Source: Candidatus Saccharimonadota bacterium (GTDB taxonomy: Bacteria; Pseudomonadota; Alphaproteobacteria; CAJXXZ01; 1604HC). From it: DNA of 32,000 nt. Numbering within the stretch: the first letter of the stretch is position 1; the number at the start of each line of letters is the position of its first letter. The notes beneath the pieces were generated by a model. The model was not told the DNA's origin. It searched no databases and worked only from the letters and a program-made list of their open reading frames with translations. The translations under genes were made by a program, and so were the position numbers. This document shows, in pieces, positions 8,249 through 16,480 of the stretch. The DNA lies in the NCBI RefSeq assembly GCF_008189285.1, contig NZ_CP043315.1:360001-392000 (forward strand). Direction: 5' to 3'.

Positions 8249-8938
8249 TTACAGCACATTTTCCACTTTTTTAATTTCGTTAATAATGTACTTTTCATGC
8301 ATGCTTTTTCTATAATTTGCATATTTTGAATCAAAAAACTCCATCAAAAGTTTAGCTTGGTCTATTTTTTTCAAACCTAACAAGCATTCCATAATATTTA
8401 AAATACTTCTAGGCATTTTATCTTCATTTTTTCTGTACACAATATCACTTTTATTTCTAATCATTGATTTATAGAATTGACCTAAGTGCAAAATCGCATT
8501 AGTAAATTTTTTCTGTTTTAATCTAATCATTCCCATCCAATAATAGTGGGAACATGGATCAGAAGATTTCATTTTTGACAATTTAAAAAATTTCCTATAA
8601 GCAGAGTTCATATCCCCTCTTGCCATCAGTTTAATTCCATCTTGATGTATTTTTATGTAATCTTTTCTAGATATTTGATCTTCAGATTTATTTAGCGGGA
8701 TGTATTCAATAATATTTTCTATATATATTTCATGCCCATTTTTTTTAGTCAAACTTCTCCTTGAGGCTTCATTCAAAATATTTCTGATGCTTTCAATTTT
8801 CTTTTCGCAATTAATTTTCTGATCACCTGTAATTTGCTTGTCTTCACAAAGACTTATCAAGTGCATTTTTACATTATCCAATTCATAATCTACATCAGCG
8901 AACAAAACGCCACAAAAAAAAGCAAAAACTAAGAACAT
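8249..8938 (-). CDS. secreted TPR-repeat protein, CpoB/YbgF-like (Tol-Pal associated)
   Basis: The N-terminal signal-like segment is MFLVFAFFCGVLFA. The C-terminal half (SAYRKFFKL...HYYWMGMIRLKQKKFTNAILHLGQFYKSM...ILNIMECLLGLKKIDQAKLLMEFF) fits the TPR pattern of YbgF/CpoB. Family assignment is tentative. Confidence 0.45.
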   Translation of the reverse strand: MFLVFAFFCGVLFADVDYELDNVKMHLISLCEDKQITGDQKINCEKKIESIRNILNEASRRSLTKKNGHEIYIENIIEYIPLNKSEDQISRKDYIKIHQDGIKLMARGDMNSAYRKFFKLSKMKSSDPCSHYYWMGMIRLKQKKFTNAILHLGQFYKSMIRNKSDIVYRKNEDKMPRSILNIMECLLGLKKIDQAKLLMEFFDSKYANYRKSMHEKYIINEIKKVENVL

Positions 8939-9020
8939 ATACTTACATTATAAATGAAAAAATAGTTAAAAAAAGATTGAAAAATCTGAAGATTTAATAT
9001 ATCTTGAGTGTATTAAAACA

Positions 9021-10511
9021 ATGAAAAAATATCTTTTTTATATTAATATGGCTTTATTTGCCGCCGTACTTTGGTCTTTTTACAATAAGAGAAATATCCA
9101 AATCAAGGTTCCTAGCGTAGTTAATTCTCAAGTTGTAGTAAATAAACAACTAACCAAAGAAGCAATTAACATAGATAATAAAAATATCGAAGGAAAAATA
9201 CATTTCAATAATAATTCTTTTTCAAATTTGAAGATTAATTATAATAATAAGAAATACAATATCTTGAATTGTGATTCTTCTTGGAGCACAACATGGAATT
9301 CAAAAGATTCTAACACGCCAAACAACGACCAATGGTCTAGTAATAGTGAATCCCTTTCAAGCGATAAGCCTTTAATACTTACATGGAAAAGTCCTGAAGG
9401 ATCTATTTTCGTACAAAGCATGCAAATAGTAGATGACTATATAGTCAAAGTAGAATACTCTGTTTTCAACGCACTATCTAAGCCAATTAATATTGGATTA
9501 GACTTATTAACAGAAAAAGTTAAAGGAAATTTTATATATCAAAAAGATGACGCAACAATCAGAGCAAGCAAAAAGCATGCTTCCATCAATACAAATTCAT
9601 GGCATGGGTTTGAAGACGAATACTCTGCATTTGCTGTAATTCCTAAAAACAACATTTCATATTCATACAACTCAAATGATTCAAGTTCAAATGTAGCGTT
9701 TCCTTCTCAAACAATTAACCCTAAAGAATCTTCTTCGTGGAGCTTTTATGTGTTTGCAGGTCCAAAGAAATTAAGCATTTTAAAGAAATATGCAAAGAAA
9801 TACGAAGCAAATGGATTGGAAAATTTAATAAACTACGGCTTTCTATCAATTATAACCAAAACTATATTTGCAATTTTATCCTACATATTATCTATATTTG
9901 ACAACTTTGCATTTGCAATATGCTTGTTAACTTTAATTGTAAAGATAATACTAGCGCCATTTTCATATAAATCCCATATATCAATGATGAAAATTCAAAA
10001 ATTGCAGCCACAAATTGAGCGAATTAAAGAAGTGAACAAGGGAAACAATGTTGCTACACAGCAATCCATTCTTGCGCTATACAAACAAGAATCAATTAAT
10101 CCATTAGGAGGGATTTTGCCTTTTGTTTTCCAGATTCCATTATTTATATCTTTGTATGCAGCAATTTCAATAAGCATAGATTCAGTTAATGCTGGATTTT
10201 TGTGGATAAAAGACCTATCTATATCAGACCCATACTCTGTAAATAATTTGATCAAATACTTTACTGCAAAATCTTTGCCTTTTGATATAAATCTTTTATC
10301 AGCATTGTTTTCAATAACAATGATTGCCCAACAATGGAACACTTTAAAAAAACAAAAAGATAATTTTATTCTTGCTTTGCCTTTAGTTTCAGCAGTTCTG
10401 TTATCAAGCTATTCATCTGCATTTATGATATACATGATTTGGAGCAACATATTAGCGTATTTGCAATCAATCATATTCAATAGAATTATCAAAAAGAACT
10501 ATGCAAATTAA
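9021..10511 (+). CDS. yidC: membrane protein insertase YidC
   Basis: 496 aa with an N-terminal TM, a large periplasmic domain, and then the conserved core LLTLIVKIILAPFSYKSHISMMKIQKLQPQIERIKE...INPLGGILPFVFQIPLFISLY...FLWIKDLS. Confidence 0.9.
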   Translation: MKKYLFYINMALFAAVLWSFYNKRNIQIKVPSVVNSQVVVNKQLTKEAINIDNKNIEGKIHFNNNSFSNLKINYNNKKYNILNCDSSWSTTWNSKDSNTPNNDQWSSNSESLSSDKPLILTWKSPEGSIFVQSMQIVDDYIVKVEYSVFNALSKPINIGLDLLTEKVKGNFIYQKDDATIRASKKHASINTNSWHGFEDEYSAFAVIPKNNISYSYNSNDSSSNVAFPSQTINPKESSSWSFYVFAGPKKLSILKKYAKKYEANGLENLINYGFLSIITKTIFAILSYILSIFDNFAFAICLLTLIVKIILAPFSYKSHISMMKIQKLQPQIERIKEVNKGNNVATQQSILALYKQESINPLGGILPFVFQIPLFISLYAAISISIDSVNAGFLWIKDLSISDPYSVNNLIKYFTAKSLPFDINLLSALFSITMIAQQWNTLKKQKDNFILALPLVSAVLLSSYSSAFMIYMIWSNILAYLQSIIFNRIIKKNYAN

Positions 10512-10906
10512 TGCAAAGTCTACTAAGCAACTTAACTTTTTTCTATATAATGTCTTCTTTTTGCATAATATATGATTTAATTTTTTTTCAAGTCCACTTA
10601 TTTTCTTTAATTTTTTTTACACTATATTGCAAATTCAAACTTGTTTCCTTTATATCAACAATATCCTTTATATCTTTAATTTATGTAATCTCGATATTGA
10701 GCAAAAAAACATACATACAGCTAGGGGATATTTTTATGCTCATAATATCTGGATCAGACATAACAATAGATAGACTTCCTTATTTTATGCTGTACATAGG
10801 GATAATAAATCTACTCATAGGATTAATTTACAAGAAATTCACAAAGAAAAATGAAGTGCCAATGATTCCTGCAATATTAATTTCATGGATTTTATTAAAA
10901 TCTTAA
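10511..10906 (+). CDS. hypothetical polytopic membrane protein (131 aa)
   Basis: Its start overlaps the yidC stop (TAATG). It has about four hydrophobic segments. No family assigned; the GDIFML segment only vaguely recalls A24 peptidases. Confidence 0.45.
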   Translation: MQSLLSNLTFFYIMSSFCIIYDLIFFQVHLFSLIFFTLYCKFKLVSFISTISFISLIYVISILSKKTYIQLGDIFMLIISGSDITIDRLPYFMLYIGIINLLIGLIYKKFTKKNEVPMIPAILISWILLKS

Positions 10907-11003
10907 ATTAATTATAAAATCAGCAGCAATTTCAAATTATAAAAATACCATTCATCCAAAAACACAAATTGCTATCAATCATCAAATTTGATAAAAATGT
11001 AAT

Positions 11004-11576
11004 ATGAACTGCCCTTACATTACTAAATCTGGAGACAAAGGAAAAACTTCAATCATGAACAAAAGGCTTGCAAAATATAGCCCTCTAATATGTTTTATTG
11101 GAGCTCTTGATGAAATAAATTCAAATATTGGTTTAATTTTAAGTCATATAAATGAAAAAAACTTTTCTGATCTAAATCTAACAAAGCTTCTTCTAAACAT
11201 ACAAAATCAACTTCTAAATATAGGAGGATATATGAGCGGAGGAAACATAACAATTGATGAAAAGTACCATTTATACATAGAAGAGCAAAGCAATTTATTT
11301 TTCAAAAATCTGAAAAATGCAAATAATTTTGTTTTTCCTGGAGGATCTATGCTATCAAGTTATATACATATTACAAGATGCATCATTAGAAGATCAGAAA
11401 CTATATTTTGGCAATACATAAACCAAGCAAATTCAGAATCAGAATCACAGCCAGAATCACAGCATGTTGGGCAATATATCAATCGACTATCTGATTTATT
11501 TTTTGTTCTCGGAAGGTTACACGGACAAAAAAATGAACTACTATGGAAGGTAGGAGAATTTCTTTATGAACAATGA
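11004..11576 (+). CDS. ATP:cob(I)alamin adenosyltransferase, PduO/MMAB type
   Basis: The N-terminus YITKSGDKGKTSIMNKRLAKYSPLICFIGALDEINSNIGL matches the Y.r.GD.G.T.l..g.r..K.....e..G.lDElns.iG signature. FVFPGG and INRLSDLFFVL are also present. Confidence 0.8.
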   Translation: MNCPYITKSGDKGKTSIMNKRLAKYSPLICFIGALDEINSNIGLILSHINEKNFSDLNLTKLLLNIQNQLLNIGGYMSGGNITIDEKYHLYIEEQSNLFFKNLKNANNFVFPGGSMLSSYIHITRCIIRRSETIFWQYINQANSESESQPESQHVGQYINRLSDLFFVLGRLHGQKNELLWKVGEFLYEQ

Positions 11577-11931
11577 AAATAATATCAGCAATATGAGCTT
11601 TGAAGAAATTATTATGAAATTAGAGCAAATAACAACAAAACTTGAAAGTGGATCTATGCCATTAGATCAAGCAGTTGAAACATACACTAGCGGAATAGAG
11701 CTAAAGAAAACAGCAGAAAAACAGTTAAAGAATGCTTATTTAAAACTACAATCTGTTCAAGAAAGCGCAATTGTATCTAAATTCAGAGAGCAATTTGTTA
11801 TTTTGTTGGAAAATTTTCAAAATTCTATTATCCAATCTCTGGAATCAAAAGATAGCGAAAGCTCAATCAAAGCAAAGAATAAAGAATTTTTAAGCAATTT
11901 AATTGAAATTTACAACAGATCATCACAATAA
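11566..11931 (+). CDS. xseB: exodeoxyribonuclease VII small subunit with a C-terminal extension
   Basis: MSFEEIIMKLEQITTKLESGSMPLDQAVETYTSGIELKKTAEKQLKNA is the classic XseB helical hairpin. At 121 aa it is longer than the usual 70-80 aa or so. It overlaps the upstream gene by 11 nt. Confidence 0.75.
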   Translation: MNNENNISNMSFEEIIMKLEQITTKLESGSMPLDQAVETYTSGIELKKTAEKQLKNAYLKLQSVQESAIVSKFREQFVILLENFQNSIIQSLESKDSESSIKAKNKEFLSNLIEIYNRSSQ

Positions 11932-12015
11932 AATACGAAGCGTTGTAATTATAAAATCATAAAATATTCAAATTTGTTTGCAATTATTTAATTTATTAGA
12001 TATAACAATGGAGTT

Positions 12016-12246
12016 ATGTTTTTTGCGATTATAATAATGGGAATTTTAGCTTTAAAAGTTATCTATAAATATGAACCGAAAGGGTTAATTAAATATACAT
12101 ACAACATGCTTTTGTTTTCTTTATTTTTAGTAACATTAATATCACTTGTTGTATTTATGATATTTCTTATTTTATCGCCAGTTTTGTTAACAAAAACAGG
12201 AATAGATTTGGCCAAAAGCATCATGATGTATACAGCAAAAATTTAA
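12016..12246 (+). CDS. hypothetical small membrane protein (76 aa, two TM segments)
   Basis: The only support is an ORF with two hydrophobic stretches in an otherwise empty gap. In AT-rich DNA, short Phe/Ile/Leu-rich ORFs can arise by chance. Confidence 0.3.
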   Translation: MFFAIIIMGILALKVIYKYEPKGLIKYTYNMLLFSLFLVTLISLVVFMIFLILSPVLLTKTGIDLAKSIMMYTAKI

Positions 12247-12292
12247 ACGCAGCAGTTTGATTTACTTGTCATATATGGTATGAATATATTAT

Positions 12293-12961
12293 ATGTTTAA
12301 ACTGAGCCAAGATGGAATCAAAATAGCTAAAGTTCTTATACTAGTTATAGCTTTAAGCTTTGTTTTAGGTAAATTTATCACACTGCTATCAGTAGGGCTT
12401 TTAATTTTATTCAGAGATGAAAATAGAATTATTACCAATCCAAATGCAGTATTATCACCATGTGATGGAATTGTTTTATCCATTGAAAATAATGTAAAAT
12501 TCAATCTATCTGATAAATATCAAAACAATAAATGGAATAAAATAACTATTTTAAATGGAATACTAGATATCCATGCAAATAGAATGCCAATGAGTGGAGA
12601 AGTAGAAGAAATAATCTACACTCCTGGAGATTCTAGAGATCGCTATATCTACAAGCAAAATGAAAAAATATCTTGGATCATTAATGGAGATATAGATTTT
12701 ATTCTATCTCATTCTGTAGATACAATATTTCATGTTGTTTCATCCAAAGTAAAGAAAAATCAATTTGCAAAAATTGGAGAAACATATGCTAATAGCTTTA
12801 TAGGAGCAACAATAGAGCTGTATTTGCCTCAAGATATTGAAATTACTATTTCAGAAGGGCAAAAAATGGTTGCAAGCGAAACTTCTATAACAAACAGCAT
12901 AGTGAAAAATGCGATGAATCAACATCCCTCTAAAAAAATCACTAAGAAAGATACAAAATGA
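12293..12961 (+). CDS. phosphatidylserine decarboxylase-like paralog lacking the pyruvoyl-precursor serine (probable pseudoenzyme)
   Basis: It has the short-form Psd architecture: an N-terminal TM, then LFRDENR...SPCDGIV...DIHANRMPMSG. The self-cleavage motif reads FIGATIELYLP (GGA GCA ACA at 12803..12811), where the downstream copy has FGSRVDTYFP. Confidence 0.7.
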   Translation: MFKLSQDGIKIAKVLILVIALSFVLGKFITLLSVGLLILFRDENRIITNPNAVLSPCDGIVLSIENNVKFNLSDKYQNNKWNKITILNGILDIHANRMPMSGEVEEIIYTPGDSRDRYIYKQNEKISWIINGDIDFILSHSVDTIFHVVSSKVKKNQFAKIGETYANSFIGATIELYLPQDIEITISEGQKMVASETSITNSIVKNAMNQHPSKKITKKDTK

Positions 12962-13629
12962 TTAAAAGAACTTTTATTGATAAAGTAAGGTCAGATGGAT
13001 ACAACACAATTGCTATATCTTTTCTTGCTTCGCTATTTTCATTTTATTACAGTTATTATTTAGGATTATGCGGATTGCTATTTACTGCTTTTTGCATATG
13101 GTTTTTTAGAGATCCAGATAGGGTTGTGCCAAATAGAAGCGATATTGTTATAAGTCCAGCAGATGGAATTGTTGTTGATATAGAAAGAAACGTATCTTCT
13201 CCAGAATTTAAAGATGGATCTTGGACAAGAATAGGAATATTTCTAAGATTATCTGACGTTCATGTTAATAGATTTCCTATTAGCGGAAAAATTATGCACA
13301 TGAAATATGAAAAAGGAGGATTTGGATTTGCATGGGGCAAAAAAACTCATATGAAAAATGAGAGATTAGCCATATTTATCAAAGGATTTATTGATTGCAT
13401 AGTTGTTCAAATAGCTGGATTTGTAGCAAGAAGAATTGTCACAGATGTTTCTACTAAAGATGATGCAAAAATGGGATCAACTTATGGAATGATCAAATTT
13501 GGAAGCAGAGTAGACACTTATTTTCCTGGAGATATGATAATTCATATAAAAAGAAAGCAAACTGTAGTTGCCGGAGAAACAATCATAGCTAGCAAGCCAA
13601 AAATAACGAAAGAAAGCAATGAAAAATAA
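12958..13629 (+). CDS. psd: phosphatidylserine decarboxylase proenzyme (short, alphaproteobacterial type)
   Basis: FFRDPDRVVP...ISPADGIVV...DVHVNRFPISG...NERLAI...VQIAGFVARRIV...IKFGSRVDTYFP. The Asp/His/Gly-Ser signature is intact (GGA AGC at 13501..13506). It has an ATGA overlap with the upstream paralog. Confidence 0.85.
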   Translation: MIKRTFIDKVRSDGYNTIAISFLASLFSFYYSYYLGLCGLLFTAFCIWFFRDPDRVVPNRSDIVISPADGIVVDIERNVSSPEFKDGSWTRIGIFLRLSDVHVNRFPISGKIMHMKYEKGGFGFAWGKKTHMKNERLAIFIKGFIDCIVVQIAGFVARRIVTDVSTKDDAKMGSTYGMIKFGSRVDTYFPGDMIIHIKRKQTVVAGETIIASKPKITKESNEK

Positions 13630-13670
13630 AAATACGCATCAATCAATTGCATTTTCTGTAAAATATTTGA

Positions 13671-14474
13671 ATGGAAATAACTAACATGACAGGAAATAAA
13701 AACAACCCCACATCTGTTAGAAGTAACAAAAATAATGATTTTCATAAGAATAGAAATCGCAGAGTGAAAGATTTTTTTCGCAGTAGAATGTTCCTCATAC
13801 CAAGCTTTGTTACATCTATTTCCATATGTCTTGGAATGCAAGCTATACATTTTTCATTTACTCAAAACATAGAATATTCAGTATTATGCATAGCAATCGC
13901 GATGTTCATAGATGGAATTGATGGAAGAATAGCTAGATATTTAAATAGTGCGTCAGAATTTGGAAAAACATTAGATTCTCTTGCAGATTTCTTAAGTTTC
14001 TCTATAGCTCCTGCATTAACAATATATTTCTATAAATTAAATGATTGGATAAGCTTTGGATGGTCATGTTGTATATTTTTTGTATTATGCATGGCATTTA
14101 GATTAGCAAGATTTTCTAGCGATGAATCTGACCATGAATCTTTCACAGGAATACCAGCTCCAGCTGCTGGATTATTAGCATTTTTCCCATTTGCTTGTGA
14201 AAAAGTTTTCAGCATTTCAATGCATCCAGCGTATTTTGCATTCACTGTGCTTATAGTTTCTTTAGGAATGATAAGTAAATTTCAGACAATAGCATTAAAT
14301 AGAGTTCAAATCAATCACAAAACAATGAATGTTGTATTTGCATTAATAGCATCATTAACAGTATTGGCTATTACATATATATGGGCAGCTGGATTACTTA
14401 TTGGATTTATATATTTATCACACACAATTCTTGCAATCTTCAAGCACAATAAAAATAATCATAAAATTGATTAA
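13671..14474 (+). CDS. pssA: CDP-diacylglycerol--serine O-phosphatidyltransferase
   Basis: The CDP-alcohol phosphatidyltransferase motif DGIDGRIARYLNSASEFGKTLDSLADFLSF (D-G-x2-A-R-x8-G-x3-D-x3-D) is present with multiple TM segments. It is adjacent to psd. The start could also be the Met at 13686. Confidence 0.85.
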   Translation: MEITNMTGNKNNPTSVRSNKNNDFHKNRNRRVKDFFRSRMFLIPSFVTSISICLGMQAIHFSFTQNIEYSVLCIAIAMFIDGIDGRIARYLNSASEFGKTLDSLADFLSFSIAPALTIYFYKLNDWISFGWSCCIFFVLCMAFRLARFSSDESDHESFTGIPAPAAGLLAFFPFACEKVFSISMHPAYFAFTVLIVSLGMISKFQTIALNRVQINHKTMNVVFALIASLTVLAITYIWAAGLLIGFIYLSHTILAIFKHNKNNHKID

Positions 14475-14568
14475 GAAGTTTTAAAGCAAGCCATTTAATA
14501 AATTTAATAAAAACAATAAATTAACATGATTTCTTCCAATTTTCTTCGATTAATATTAAAATGCATAC

Positions 14569-15060
14569 ATGACAGAATTTAACAAAGAATATATAGAATA
14601 TTTAGTTAGTCTTGTAAAAGAAAATGAATTAGGCGAAATAGAATATACAAAATCAAAAGATGGAGAAGTTCGTGTTACAGTAAAAAATCAGAAATCTGAA
14701 AACAATATTGCGACTCAACCTCAAGTAATTTATTCTAATCCTATGATTGGAGCGAATTCAGAAGCTCAAGATAATCAAAATTCATCTAATCAATCTAATA
14801 ATATATCAAATAAACTGGGAGATAATTTTAAACCAATTAAATCTCCCATGATTGGAACAATATACACCTCCCCTAAGCCTGGAGACCCTCCTTTTGTGAA
14901 AAAAGGATCCAAAATTAATGAAGGAGATATTTTATTTATTGTTGAAGCAATGAAAGTGATGAATGAAGTAAAAGCTTCATTTTCAGGAACAATAGAAGAA
15001 ATTTTGATTTCCGATGCTGATCCTGTTGAATTTGATCAAATCTTAGCGAAGGTGTCATGA
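14569..15060 (+). CDS. accB: acetyl-CoA carboxylase biotin carboxyl carrier protein
   Basis: The C-terminal biotinyl domain carries IVEAMKVMNEV (biotinyl-lysine motif). Its stop overlaps the accC start (ATGA). Confidence 0.9.
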   Translation: MTEFNKEYIEYLVSLVKENELGEIEYTKSKDGEVRVTVKNQKSENNIATQPQVIYSNPMIGANSEAQDNQNSSNQSNNISNKLGDNFKPIKSPMIGTIYTSPKPGDPPFVKKGSKINEGDILFIVEAMKVMNEVKASFSGTIEEILISDADPVEFDQILAKVS

Positions 15061-16394
15061 TTAAGAAAGTTTTAATTGCTAATAGAGGAGAAATTGCTCT
15101 AAGAATTATAAGAGCATGCAAATCTTTAGGAATAAAATCTGTTGCAGTATATTCAACAGCAGATAAAAATTCAATGCATATTAAGATGGCGGATGAAAGC
15201 ATTTGCATAGGTCCTCCAAACGCAAATGAAAGCTATAGAAATATCAAATCAATTATTGCAGCAACAGAGCAATCTGATGCTGATGCAATACATCCTGGAT
15301 ATGGATTTTTATCTGAAAACGAAGAATTTGCACATGTAGTTGAGCAACATAATATAAAATTCATTGGGCCCTCTTCTAAGCATATAAAACTACTAGGAGA
15401 CAAAGTAGAAAGCAAAAGAATTATGCAAAAATACGGAATTACTACAATTCCTGGATCAGAAGCATTATCCACAGCTCAAGATGGGCTAGATTATGCAAAA
15501 AGCATAGGGTTCCCTGTAATCATTAAAGCTTCCAATGGTGGTGGTGGAAAAGGAATAAGAATAGCCAAAAAAGAAGATGAATTTCTCAGCAACTTTGCAG
15601 CAGTAGATCAGGAAGCTAGCGCATTATTTGGAAAAGGTGGAAGCATATATGTCGAAAAATACTTCGAACGCCCTAGGCATGTAGAATTTCAGGTGCTTTC
15701 AGATGGCAAAAAGGCTGTGCATTTATTTGAAAGAGAATGCTCGCTTCAAAGAAGAAGGCAAAAAGTTCTAGAAGAAGCTCCGTCAAATGTTTTGACAGAT
15801 CAACAAAGAGCAGAATGGGGTGAAAAAATCTCTAATATGATAGCTGCCATAGGATATGAAGGAGTTGGAACTTTAGAATTTCTATATCAAGACAATCAAT
15901 TATACTTCATGGAAATGAATACAAGATTGCAAGTAGAGCATACAATAACAGAAGAAATAACTGGAATAGATCTGGTTCAACAACAAATCAAAGTTGCATC
16001 TGGAATTCCATTAGAAATAAAACAATCTGACATTAAAATAAATGGACATGCAATGCAATGCAGAATAACAGCAGAAGACCCTATCACATTTACACCTAGC
16101 CCTGGATTAGTGAAAAGCCACCTTCCAGCATTAGGACCATATGCTAGAGTAGACACAATGTTATATAACGGCTATCAAATACAGCCATATTACGATAGCT
16201 TAATTTCAAAATTAGTTGTCAAAGGAAGCAATAGAGAAGAGTGTATACGCAATTTAAAGCAGGCATTGAAAGAATATATAATAGAAGGTCCAAAAACTAC
16301 ATTACCTTTATTTCACAAACTAATTGAAGATGAAGAGTTTCAAAAAGCTGATTTTACAATTAACTGGCTTGAGAATTGGATTCAAAATTCATAA
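15057..16394 (+). CDS. accC: acetyl-CoA carboxylase biotin carboxylase subunit
   Basis: KVLIANRGEIALRIIRACKSLGI, HPGYGFLSENEEFA, GGGGKGIRI and MNTRLQVEHTITE are the full ATP-grasp biotin carboxylase signature. Confidence 0.95.
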   Translation: MIKKVLIANRGEIALRIIRACKSLGIKSVAVYSTADKNSMHIKMADESICIGPPNANESYRNIKSIIAATEQSDADAIHPGYGFLSENEEFAHVVEQHNIKFIGPSSKHIKLLGDKVESKRIMQKYGITTIPGSEALSTAQDGLDYAKSIGFPVIIKASNGGGGKGIRIAKKEDEFLSNFAAVDQEASALFGKGGSIYVEKYFERPRHVEFQVLSDGKKAVHLFERECSLQRRRQKVLEEAPSNVLTDQQRAEWGEKISNMIAAIGYEGVGTLEFLYQDNQLYFMEMNTRLQVEHTITEEITGIDLVQQQIKVASGIPLEIKQSDIKINGHAMQCRITAEDPITFTPSPGLVKSHLPALGPYARVDTMLYNGYQIQPYYDSLISKLVVKGSNREECIRNLKQALKEYIIEGPKTTLPLFHKLIEDEEFQKADFTINWLENWIQNS

Positions 16395-16466
16395 ATTCAA
16401 TTAATTTGTGATGCATTTAAACAAATAATTCAATTTTAATACCCTTCTAACAATCTAATATAGATA

Positions 16467-16475
16467 TGATATAAT
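16467..16475 (+). promoter_or_regulatory. extended -10 box TGATATAAT, 5 nt upstream of the LRR-1 ATG
   Basis: TG at 16467-68 and TATAAT at 16470-75, then ACAAG, then the ATG at 16481. There is no Shine-Dalgarno. The same arrangement occurs at four paralogs. Confidence 0.5.
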
Positions 16476-16480
16476 ACAAG

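Noticed and set aside
8939-9020. The strand switch (all genes to the left on minus, a long run to the right on plus) next to yidC, considered as a possible replication origin.
   Set aside because: The intergenic region is only 82 bp. I find no TTATCCACA-like DnaA boxes or AT-rich 13-mer arrays, and no dnaA/dnaN/hemE neighbours. A divergent promoter region is the simpler explanation. A GC-skew calculation over the whole replicon would be needed to revisit this.
11425-11470. The short tandem 'cagaatca' repeats encoding SESESQPESQ inside the adenosyltransferase gene.
   Set aside because: This is an in-frame low-complexity insertion in a loop-like region, probably slippage-derived and without obvious significance.
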